From positions 17,050,001 through 17,114,000 of the forward strand of contig JBHGNT010000006.1 in the NCBI GenBank assembly GCA_043228905.1: a DNA stretch of 64,000 nucleotides, read 5' to 3'. Below the pieces are notes generated by a model that worked only from the letters and a program-made list of their open reading frames with translations, searched no databases and was not told the DNA's origin. Numbering within the stretch: the stretch's first letter is position 1; every line of letters starts with the position of its first letter. The DNA comes from Azolla caroliniana. Taxonomy: Eukaryota > Plantae > Polypodiophyta. The translations under genes and the position numbers were made by a program. Shown one piece after another: positions 23,934 through 34,420 of this stretch.

Positions 23934-26768
23934 GTGAAAGCGAGGCGCGAAAAGGTACGTAGTGGGCATTTAAGAGACGCCACGCCACTTAATACTAAAT
24001 TAGTACACGACGTGTGCATGCTCGAAAAAGGCGCCAAAACGCACAAAGAAGAAACAGAGCGCATGGAGACCCTCTATTTTCGCGAGCCAAGAAGCACAGA
24101 AGCACCAAGGCAGTGGAAGCTGAGCAAACGCGAACCTGCACGCAGAGAACCCCCGCGCTCAGAACGCTCTCTCTCTCGCTCTCACTCTCATCACCACTCT
24201 ACTTCGCCATCTTCCCTCGACCTTGAAGCAGACATGGAACCACAAACGCTGTCGGAAGCGGCCAGGAAATGGTTCAGGCAAAACGGACTGGAGGGGTTCT
24301 TGGCCATCATGGAGGCACCGCCGCACAGAGAAGCAGACCGGGTCATCAAGGAGCTCGCCACAGAGGTCATCACCGAGGAAGCGATCCGCGCGCTAACAGG
24401 CCTTCCGGAGGGAGGAATCTTTCAGATCGATAACCCAACCTCGGAGCAACTCACCCGATATTTCGGTGAGTACTCTGTTGCCGGCAAAGGCTATCGGACG
24501 CAGGGCGGCGAAGATCCGCTATTCAGGGAGATAGCTCGAGTGCTCCACGAGTACGGTCACGTGTACCCCCGACCCCCTGTCATGCCAAAAAATCGGGCAG
24601 GGATGATTATAGCCACCTATGAAGGGGTCAAGGTGGACTGGCCGGTGCTGATTGCAGACGGGTTGTGCATGGCAATCGACATGGTACGAGGGAAGGACGG
24701 CAAGGAAGGCCGGAAGCTGTGGCACGCCGTAGCTCAATGGATCACATTGCTCGTGCCGCCGGTCGAGACCGCCCAGCCAAAGAAGCGGCCAAGAGTATCG
24801 GAAGGAAGCACCTCGAAGCCGGCGTCCAAACGACAGCAGCTGCTGGCGTCGAAGGCGGCGAAAGGGAAGAAACGGGTCCCAGAACCGGAGGAGGTGTCAC
24901 CGGTCCGACCCGTCAAGATAACCTTACGGAGACCAGGACAGAAGGAACCGGAACCCTTGACGGCACAGAAACATGCCGTGGCACAGGACGAGGAAACGGA
25001 GGAGCCGGAAGAGCACCTCCAACGACGGCCAAGAAGTAGGACCGCCGAGACAGGAGGGGAGCGGTCGTACCCGCGAGAGGCAGAGACGCCCCCAACTCAA
25101 CCTGAGCAAACCACAAGGGAAGAACCGGAACCGGTGCGTAGGGAACCGGTCTTGTCGACTTCTATAGAAGAAGTCAGTCCAACGGCTCCGGAGACGGCGA
25201 GAACCGGACCTCAACAGCCGGCGAGCCCAGCCAGAGCACACGGCGGCCAAGGAGTAGAACCAGAACGGCACATGCAGGCAATCAGGCCAGACAATTCCAC
25301 GGTGAATGAGCCGACCCGACCAGGACAGCAACAAGGCACCAGTAGCATGTGGCTACGGTGGGTAGGCGAGCAAATCGCCGGAGTGGTCGAGTATATAGAG
25401 GCGGAAGAGAGAGCGCACCAGGAACGGTTGCTCGTCACAACCGTAGATCTGGAGACGGCCCGGTCCAGAATCCGGAGCCTTGAACAAGACTTGGACAGGG
25501 TCACAAGGGAAACACAAGTCCAAGCACCGGTGACTCCGGGCAATGTACAGAATAAAGAGGATCAACCTGTACATAGCAATCAGACCCCGGCAACGGAAAC
25601 CGTTCCGGAGAAAAATGCGGCACAAGCCCAAGAGCTTGCGGATTTAAAGGATGAGCTTGCTGCCCAAGAAGCGCTGAGGAGCCGCGAAAGAGAACTGAAA
25701 ACGGCAGCGGAGGCAGAACTCAAAAAGACTGCTGAGAATCTACGCCGGGCCGAGGAGAGCTTACGGAAAGGCCACCAAGCGTACGACCGGCTCAAGGAGG
25801 AGAAAGAGAAAATGCTGCAAGAGAAGGAGAAACTCCGGAGGAACGCCGAAACAGAAGTAGAGCGCCTGAAAGAGGAACTCTGGCAGGTAAAGGACCGGGA
25901 GGACCGGAACCATCGCCAGATCAACGGCAAGCTCAAACTAAAAACAGAGGAATTTGAGAACTTGCACCGGGAGTATAAACGGTTGCAAACGGAGCACAAG
26001 GAACGGATGGATGAGCTCCGGCAAGCAGTTGATCGGACCGCAACCGCATTCGCCAAGGAACAAGCGGAAAACAGAAGACGGTTGGAAGAGGCGGAGAAGG
26101 TTCGGACAGAGCTCCTCAGGCAACAGCAGGCGGAAAAAGAAAGAGCGGCGGAGGTACTGCAGAGGCTGCAAACGACATATCAAGGGCAGCTGACGCGCTA
26201 CCGAGAGCAGGCGGAGGATACGGCAAACCTCATCAAGCAGTTGAAGGAGGAGCGACAAGTGGTGGAAAGCAGAGCACAGATGGGAGCAAGTCGCATCCAG
26301 GATATAATGCGGGCCTGGTTGAACCAGACCAAGAGCTTGATTGACAACGGCTCCGTCAAATGGTGGACCAAGTGGGCCACAAACGCGGCGGAACTCCAAT
26401 TGCTCCGGGCTGACGTAGAGAACCGGCGGAAGGAGGGAGATGATTGCTATATGCTGACTTCCGAAGACTTCACCGGCATAAGGGATGAGCTTGCCGAAGA
26501 CTTTCAAGCCTTGGCAGAGGACCAACTAGAGCAAGTCCGGCAACTTGTAGCTCAGCTGGACGACGACAGGCTGGAGGCGCAGATTCAGTTTGAAAGCTAC
26601 GAGAGGTCCCGGATCCGGGGAGAGAAAGAACGAGAACCCGTTACGGTCAACCTCAGTGATGAGGAACCGTTACTGGAAGGAGACCGGACCGGAAGCAGTC
26701 AAACGGAGTTGCCGGAGCCAGAGAGACAAACGGAGCAGCCGGAGTCAGCGAGACAAATGGAGCAGTAG
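23934..26768 (+). CDS. Element C extra ORF, coiled-coil protein of unknown function (probable true start ATG at 24234)
   Basis: Open for 944 codons inside the LTRs. Homology with B starts at MEPQTLSEAARKWF / MPIPVSEELRLWL. Confidence 0.85.
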   Translation: MKARREKVRSGHLRDATPLNTKLVHDVCMLEKGAKTHKEETERMETLYFREPRSTEAPRQWKLSKREPARREPPRSERSLSRSHSHHHSTSPSSLDLEADMEPQTLSEAARKWFRQNGLEGFLAIMEAPPHREADRVIKELATEVITEEAIRALTGLPEGGIFQIDNPTSEQLTRYFGEYSVAGKGYRTQGGEDPLFREIARVLHEYGHVYPRPPVMPKNRAGMIIATYEGVKVDWPVLIADGLCMAIDMVRGKDGKEGRKLWHAVAQWITLLVPPVETAQPKKRPRVSEGSTSKPASKRQQLLASKAAKGKKRVPEPEEVSPVRPVKITLRRPGQKEPEPLTAQKHAVAQDEETEEPEEHLQRRPRSRTAETGGERSYPREAETPPTQPEQTTREEPEPVRREPVLSTSIEEVSPTAPETARTGPQQPASPARAHGGQGVEPERHMQAIRPDNSTVNEPTRPGQQQGTSSMWLRWVGEQIAGVVEYIEAEERAHQERLLVTTVDLETARSRIRSLEQDLDRVTRETQVQAPVTPGNVQNKEDQPVHSNQTPATETVPEKNAAQAQELADLKDELAAQEALRSRERELKTAAEAELKKTAENLRRAEESLRKGHQAYDRLKEEKEKMLQEKEKLRRNAETEVERLKEELWQVKDREDRNHRQINGKLKLKTEEFENLHREYKRLQTEHKERMDELRQAVDRTATAFAKEQAENRRRLEEAEKVRTELLRQQQAEKERAAEVLQRLQTTYQGQLTRYREQAEDTANLIKQLKEERQVVESRAQMGASRIQDIMRAWLNQTKSLIDNGSVKWWTKWATNAAELQLLRADVENRRKEGDDCYMLTSEDFTGIRDELAEDFQALAEDQLEQVRQLVAQLDDDRLEAQIQFESYERSRIRGEKEREPVTVNLSDEEPLLEGDRTGSSQTELPEPERQTEQPESARQMEQ

Positions 26769-26961
26769 CAGCAAGCAGAGCAGCCGGAGCAACCTCAGTC
26801 ACAACCGCAATCACAGCAGCAGCAGCAAGCACAGCCGCAACAACCACAACCGAAAGAACAAGCGGAAATTCTCGAACCAAGTATTTTGGACAATTTGGGT
26901 GAACAATGAAGGGGCCGAGAAGGGTTCGACGTACAAGGTACTGTCCCACGGGCGTGCCATG

Positions 26962-27371
26962 TGTTACCGGCCGGCAAGGAGTCCAAAATACGGAATTAAT
27001 TAGATGGTTGTAAATGAGCATAGTGTGGACGGACGGACTGGAAACGGTATGCCGTTCCAGATCCGGACGGATCCCGAATAGGTGCGAGAGACACCGTTTT
27101 GTACTACGGGCCGGAAACCTATTTAAAGGCCCGGACCCTATTGTAATGACAACGGATAATTAATAGAGATTCTGATGTTTATACTTCTGTCTTGATTTCC
27201 GTTCTGTAATCACTGTTATATCTTACGCGTGTAATTAACCAAAGCAATCTAATTGTGTAACCTACGTAAGTCGGTGTAATCGTTGAATCTTAATCCTATG
27301 CCGTAATCACCCTTTGGTGAAGTGTCTCCGTGACACCTTGTGTTAGGCCTTGTCCGGCTAAGCGAATAACA
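26962..27371 (+). repeat. 3' LTR of C
   Basis: Near-identical to 17524-17933. Confidence 0.97.
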
Positions 27372-27870
27372 CTTGATATAACGCATAAAATTGCGCAATC
27401 AAATCCTTCTGCGGAATTTGTTGATGAAATAATTGTAAAAATTTACTAGTTAACACTTCAAAGGATGGAAATCCTTGAAGACCGTTCTGCGCAAACCAAT
27501 TGGCGGAATATCCGTCTAATGATAAGACGAACTCAGCGATTTTTGACTTATCTTCGGCATCTGCCGACAATCGCTGAGCTCCATGGTTAATCTCCCATGT
27601 CGTTAAGAAATCCCTAAAATGTGCTTCCGCATCTGTTCCTTCCCGGAACTTAGAATAAGTATAAGGCATATCGTCCCAAATGTCGTAAAACAATACCTCT
27701 TCCGTCTGTTTTTCGTCTGAAGGTAATTGATCGGATAAGTCAGGAAGTTTCGACCACTTTGTGCTTGATTCTGGCTGTTCTTGCGCAATGAACGCTTCCT
27801 GCACTGCCTTCGTAACTGACCTTGTACGAGGGCGCTTACAACTGACCGGTGTCTCCTCTTCATACGACAT
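27372..27870 (-). pseudogene. Element B gag N-terminus
   Basis: DDMPYTYSKFRE..DAEAHF..KSKIAEF aligns to C gag DDMPFQYSKYRD..DAEAHV..RSKIAEF. Confidence 0.92.
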
Positions 27871-27929
27871 CCATTCGATTTGTTCTCTGCTTAATTGCAG
27901 ATGTAACCGAGCGTGCCAAATTTCTTCTG

Positions 27930-28385
27930 TGTTAATCGGCTAATTACTAACTACTACCGATACAGAAGAGTGAACGTCGCTACTCAACGTTCTAACAAGG
28001 AATTGTGTTTTACGAACGGAATTATACTATATTAATCGGTAATTACCGTGATCGTTACTTAGTTATAAATTAGGAAGCTTGCACTTAACAACATAGACAA
28101 TAGAAAGAACACAGAATCCGTACATGATATTCCTAACTTAAACTTATATTACTAAATAAACGACCTTTCTTACAATGCCTTCGGTTCCCTTTTATAGGTA
28201 TACCGAAGGTCTTTTCTCATCAAGAACAATTCCTACTTACTATCAAGAATTACAAAATTATCTAACTAACTTAGTTCTCTTTGTTCACTGCTGAGTCATT
28301 GATCCGAACAGTCGATCCGAACCGACTCCATTTTCGACGCTTTCCCACTTGTTCGGTAAAACTGACTGTCCGGGTCCGGGTAACA
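27930..28385 (-). repeat. 5' LTR of B
   Basis: Near-identical to 9175-9630. Confidence 0.96.
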
Positions 28386-29258
28386 AAAGTGCATAGGTTT
28401 ACAACGGTTAAACTTTCCAAGAGAGGTGTATATGCTATTTGAGAAATTGATATTTACATATTATTGAATACAATACATAATGACTAATAGTTAGTAAAGA
28501 TCATTAGGATATAATACCAAATGTATATGTTAATGACAACACATGAAAATTAGAAGTAGAAAGCGTACTCATAACTATTAGTTTACATTACATTAGACAT
28601 ACAAGAATATACCCAAAACATATATGAATATTATTAAGGTATAGGTAGTGCTAAATTTTTGGGTGCCATAATAGAGATAGCTCTCTTGTATTAACGTTAA
28701 AGCATGTATTAAAATTTTCATTTGATTGTCTACACATAAACACTAAATCAAGACGTTAAGCACATATATACAAATGGAGTAATAATAATCTATACAGATC
28801 ACACATTGATAGCCCTCCATACATCCAGTCCAGACAACCATCAACCATAGAAACATGATTGTTATTGTACAATCCCCTCTAATAAAGCAAATACTCCCCA
28901 ATATCTACAAATGCCTCCTTCAGTCCCACTAAATGTTATTTATCATAGTTATTCTATAAGTATAATAAATTCAAAAAGTGATTGGCAATAGCAAACATGG
29001 AACTAAGTTTTATAAACACAATTGATGGGTAAATATGAAGAATGAACATACATTTTCTTTGATCTTAACTATATACTTAGATGATAGTCCAACAACTTTA
29101 ATAAATATGTGCCACAAGATATAAACATAGCAACACATTAATTAAAACATAATATAATACCATATAAACAAATAAATTGGATCATATTAAGAAATAGAAT
29201 GGATTAAAAGATCTTTGATCAGAAGTAAATACATTAAAAGTTTTTTTATAAACTCTAA

Positions 29259-32200
29259 CTACATCGCTAGGAGAGTATCCATATCATTGGATTCATCATC
29301 AATCGGTGAACTATCATCCACATTTAGCGTAGTAGTATCCACTCCAGATAGACTTGCTACTGTGGGGTCCTCTATTAAGTCATCGGCAAGCTCTACGAGC
29401 TCCCTAGGTTCACCAGGATTGGTTCACGGGAGGCTAGTTGAAAACGTTCGGTATCTACCATATGTTTGGCCCCTACCTCCTCATCTTGATCGGGGCATTC
29501 CCAAAGCGCACAAAGCCTCTTGTTTCTCCAATGCGACCAATTTTCGGAAAAAGCTTCAAAGCACATGCCGAAGTGGTGCCTAAACACCATAAATAAGAAA
29601 TAATGAGTATTATCATAGGTCTAAATATAAATAAAACCTTCAACACATTGGGAAAATTATTCAACCATTTACCTGTGCCAGAAAACAAGTCCAATATCCA
29701 GTCATCTTCATTTGAAAACATCTCCACAAGGCGCATCATTAAACGTTGGGGCTTTTGGTAGAGATTCACAAGCTCGCGCTCAGTCGTGGTCACATGTCGA
29801 AGCTTCCGTGTCACGACTGGATATACGAGCAGGTTTGAGCATCCCACCTCATTTGAATGCTCCTTGATTCTTTGCTTCTTAATCTTGTCATAATAACCAA
29901 CTATTATATATTTGATTGCGTTGACGAACCGAAAAGTCGGTCCCTATTTACGTTGGTTTTAATCCTAATCATTAAGAAAAAAGTTATAAGTAGTTTAAAT
30001 TACAATACATAATTCCTATTGAAATAAAGTGCTTTCGAAAAAATCCTTACCAACCATGGTTCTCAATTCCATGGCAACAAGATCTCAACGCTTGAGCCAC
30101 GGAATATCCCTGATCCATGCTCTGAAATATTACAATTCTCCACAAGGAAGCGGTAGTCAAATCGACGAAATCTTTTACCATTTTTTCCAACTACTTGAAC
30201 CTAAAAGGTTCGTCATCGTAGATTAACCAGCCATACGAAAACTGTATGGAATATCAACTACCATTAACGTATACTCTTTCTTTGGTATCTTCTGGATCAT
30301 GTCAGCCACATCACCACAATAAACATTGTAGTACAGATCTATGGTGATGTCTTTTTTGTGGCTGAACTTCTTGAAGGTGTCGTCATCTTCCACCTCAAAC
30401 GCCCTTACCACGCGTCGATCCTTCTCTTTTCTGGCCCTTTCAAGATGCGCTTGAAAGGATGTTGGAAAGTCATGTATATCCTTTATTTCACCAAGCCTCT
30501 TACTCCAACATGGTTTCTAAAAAAAATAAGACATCAACAAAGTTATAGTCGATAAACGGGATGGACCACCACAAATTGATCAAACAAAGAGTTATACTCA
30601 CCCAATCCTTAAAAGCAATGAAATATTCTGATAACGCCTTGTACGAAGACGTTATCGGATATTCTTCACCATCAGTTCTTGTATTTTCATATAGACTTTG
30701 TGGCTGAAAATTTATAACCAACATTAAAAATTCATTTCCTAAAACAAGATAAACCATAAAAAATTTAGTAAGACCTTACTTGTTGAACTCCGTAACCATT
30801 TCCTCTAGGCTCAGCTCCTTTCCTACAACTCTTGAAAGCACATATATAAGAAGTTGCTCATCTTTGATCCCTAGCATTGCCCTCCATAAACATAGCTTCA
30901 TATCATCTGCCGCTTCCTCAATGATAAGCTCAATCTTCTTCGCAACTGAGCTCTTCAATTCTAATTGAGGGTCAACTTTCGACTTCTTTTGTCTTTGACC
31001 CGTCACTTCCTTATTTTCCCACATCATAAATATTTGATCTTGAAGATCCCAGACTCCTCCATCCCTAAATGCAAGTTGAAACCACGGATCATACTTTCTA
31101 ATTCCATCAGACTTCACCACATCATCCACCACAATTCCCACTTCGTGGAGACATTGACATTGTAGAGCTAGATATAATTTCAGTCCAAATTTGGTTTTCC
31201 CGTCAAGGTACTCTTGGTGAAAAAATCTAATGTGTTCGATGGAGGACATCTTCTGCCGGTAGTCATTGTCGTTATTGTGGTCCCATGCGAACAACTTCGC
31301 CTCCTTAGTTGTTAGCCCCACATAAATTTTGCATTCAACATATTTGAAGAAGAACGTTGTGGGATGCTCGCAGACTAATTGTCATCTTGCCTCCGCCGAG
31401 TGAGATCCTCGAATCACAAAATAATTGTATTGGTCGTGCTTCTTAATATCAGAATCCTCTAGCTTAGAGCACTCAAGAGGATCCACCATCACAATAAAAG
31501 GCACAACCGTTGGATGAGGGTTGATTTTCATCGTCTTCATTAAATTTTGGACATGTAACTTATGTGGTTCCTTGATCTCCAAATGGCAACGTTCTGTATT
31601 CTCATCCAGAGGGGGGCGATGAATATGGGTTATCAGAAGGTTAAAAACTTGCCCCTTCTGCACAAGTTTTCTATGTATTATATCCCTTCTAATTTTATTT
31701 TGTTCTGATGAGAACACACCAGATGCAAGCTCTGCTCCTGGTGTAGATTGAGCCTCATCATCCTCTGTTGAACTCGATGACTCAGAATCTGACATTCTCG
31801 TCACCTTCTTTTTTGGAGGCCTAGACTGCACCGCAGATTTCCTTATTGGTGCTTTAATAGGCGATAATGAGGTTGTCTTTAAATTAACATGACCTTGAAT
31901 ATATGGCCTCAGTGTCATTATTAAGTTAGTACTTGTCTCAATAACATGTCGGAAGGATTCTGGCCCGCATGAATCCTTCAACAAGTAGTCTTCTGAGGCG
32001 ATCATCTATCAGACTCCTTTTGTATAGTTGACTAATACAATCAAATTAGTTGAGTCCACGTCTTCATAGTCCAGCCACAAGATTTTGCCATAGCTAAATG
32101 CACGATCTTGAGCAAGCATACCACCTCCAGCCAATCTGGTAACTAACAATACTAATTTCTTTTTCGAGTCTACATATTGCATTGCCCACTCATATCCAGT

Positions 32201-33778
32201 TAAGTCTATGTCTAACTGGTCCTCACTTCCTCCAACCGCGACAGATGTTTTCTGACTAACCTAGTCAGACGGTTGCCTCATGACTTCGTCTTCAAACATG
32301 AGTTTCTTTCCCTTTTGTGGATATGTCACAACAGGGATCTTTGTGGTGTGTCGAGGTGATCTTTGATACTTAATCTGAATTCTGTTGAGTGGCGTCTCCT
32401 CCTTAGGGTCAGTCGACCTGCATGAAATAATACAACAGATGAACCTAAACCTATATTCTCTCAAATGAAAATCTATTGTAGTCTAGAAAATGCGATTACA
32501 AAAAATAGTTTGGCCTTATGAGGTGTCAAATTATATACAATATGCAGATTGGTAGTATGGAACACCAAATTAGCAATCCGGTATTGTTTTAGCCTCATTC
32601 CACTATTACAGCTAGTACCAAACTAGTAACAGGGTTAAATGACATGAAGGATGGGAGAAAGAGGATTTGTAACCTAGGGAATGGAAAGAAGAAAATGTAT
32701 ATTTAACGTCTCATAGTCCACCGGACACTAAAATTAGTAAGATTTTGGTATCCCCAGCAGTGCCTAAATATCAACTTTATTGACCCAATTTTACTGTATT
32801 CTGACCTAATTTAGAATTTTTGAACCTATTTTTACTACTTATTTTTCCTCTAATGTGTGTTATGGCCCCCAACTCGATACTACGTATCGAGTTTTAGCCT
32901 TGGGAGCCACAACTCGATACTACATATTGAGTTTTAACCCTGGGAGCCACAACTCGATACGCTGTATCGAGTTAAGACCCCCAACTCGATACAACGTATC
33001 AAGTTTAAGCCCTAGAGCCACAACTCGATACACCGTATCGAGTTAAGACCTCCAACTCGTTACGACGTATCGAGTTTTAGCCCTGGGAGCCACAACTGGA
33101 TACGTCGTATCGAGTTAAGACCCCCAACTCGATACCGCGTATCGAGATTTAGCCCTGAGAGCCACAACTCGATACGGCGTATCGAGTTAAGACCCCCAAC
33201 TCGGTACTATGTATCGAGTTTTAGCCCTGGGAGCCACAACTCGATACGCTGTATCGAGTTTTGGTTCCTAGGGCTACAACTCCATACGTAGTATCGAGTT
33301 GGGAGACATAACTCGATACGCCGTATCAAGTTGTAGACCTAGGTGCCACAACTTGATACGGCATATCGAGTTATGTCCCCCAACTCGATACGTCGTATCG
33401 AGTTGTGACACCTAGGGCAACAACTAGATACGGCATAACGAGTTCTAATACATAACTCGATACATGGTAACGAGTTCTAACACTGAACTCGTTACATCGT
33501 ATCAAGGTGAGTGTCAGAACTCGATACATCGTATCGAGTTCTAGGTCTTCGATCTATAACTTGATACATCGTACCGAGTTGTGACCCTCATGTTGATACA
33601 ATGTACCGACTTCAGGCCATAACTCGATACGATGTACCAAGTTATGGATCCAAGAGTTAGAAGTGGGCATGCAAATTATTCTGAAAGAAATATAAAGTAC
33701 ATAGATAGTCAGATGTCCATATAGTTTAGGGTTTAGATCCTACCTGGTATTAGAACAGGCAGTCTTTTTGCTCGACAT
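29259..33778 (-). pseudogene. Spliced gene for a ParB-like domain fused to a beta-class N4-cytosine/N6-adenine DNA methyltransferase (transposon cargo; this copy has stops and frameshifts)
   Basis: Predicted exons 33744-33778, 30780-32417, 30602-30703, 30051-30516, 29673-29964, 29259-29579, with GT-AG introns in matching phase. Motifs: YFVIRGSHSAEAR..YVGLTTKEAKLFAWDHN (ParB-like), VYCGD..LMVVDIPY (motif IV), W-IK, YQKPQRLMMRLVEMFSNEDDWILDLFSGTGTTSACALKL..VALE (motifs X, I, II). Confidence 0.8.
32871..33643. repeat. Array of ~22 palindromes AACTCGATAC-NNN-GTATCGAGTT at 32/40-bp spacing
   Basis: Copies counted at 32871, 32911, 32951, 32983, 33022, 33054, 33094, 33126, 33166, 33198, 33238, 33278, 33310, 33350, 33382, 33422, 33454, 33486, 33518, 33558, ~33590 and 33621. 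Confidence 0.95.
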
Positions 33779-34420
33779 GATGATCGTGTCGGTTCGGGGA
33801 TGTGTGAGTTATCTTGGGAATCCTCCCGTCTGTGCTTTCGCGCTCTAGAGAGTTGTTATGCTCAAATGTGGGGAATGAAAAAGAGAAGGCGGTTCTATTT
33901 ATGGGAGGGGAAGGGACCTTCGTTTAAAACCTTACTACGGTTAGAATTAAATGCAATAGTGCCTTTAGTTATTTTTATTTGAATTTGTATTTATTATTAT
34001 CATAACATAATGATTATCTTTATACTTTATGTGTAATATGTTCATTACGATCTAGTAGTTATGATTTCATACTTATGTGTATTATGATTTAGTACCTATT
34101 ATGATCAAGTACTTATTATGATTTAATACATGTGCAAGGTTAGTCCATTGATTGAGTATACTTATCTACATTTATGGTAGTCTAATGATTTTGATTTTGA
34201 GAACATTCACTAATTGGGTGACGATAGTGGTATTGTGCAATTATGTCATGTGGACACGTGATCAATTTTTATTTATAGCTAATAGAAATATAGAAAAAAT
34301 TATATAAGAAAATATACAAAATACATATATAGTTCCTTAGAATTCTATTTGTAGTTTAAGTATGTCTTACCATTTGTATGCTTAGGGAGTGAAATATAAA
34401 GGATATTAGAACCTCAAACA

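Larger units (their letters stand above)
17524..27371 (+). mobile_element. Young Ty3/gypsy element C (GC-rich relative of B), inserted antisense into B gag
   Basis: 410-bp LTRs 17524-17933 and 26962-27371 (about 2 differences seen); TSD CTTGA (17519-17523, 27372-27376). Confidence 0.97.
9175..28385 (-). mobile_element. Non-chromoviral Ty3/gypsy element B with an extra 3' ORF; AT-rich; interrupted by C
   Basis: 456-bp LTRs 9175-9630 and 27930-28385 (about 3 differences seen); TSD AAAGT (9170-9174, 28386-28390). Confidence 0.96.

Noticed and set aside
23934-26768. Retroviral envelope gene
   Set aside because: No visible signal peptide or transmembrane segment; the protein is hydrophilic and coiled-coil.
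18222-27021. Numerous antisense and alternate-frame ORFs in C
   Set aside because: Shadows of GC-rich coding sequence with no recognisable motifs.
32871-33643. CRISPR array
   Set aside because: Linkers are only 9 or 17 bp and recur, there are no cas genes, and the context is a eukaryotic intron.
29259-33778. Bacterial contamination or a restriction-modification operon
   Set aside because: GT-AG introns interrupt conserved motifs, the gene lies inside TIRs nested in plant retroelements, and no endonuclease was seen.
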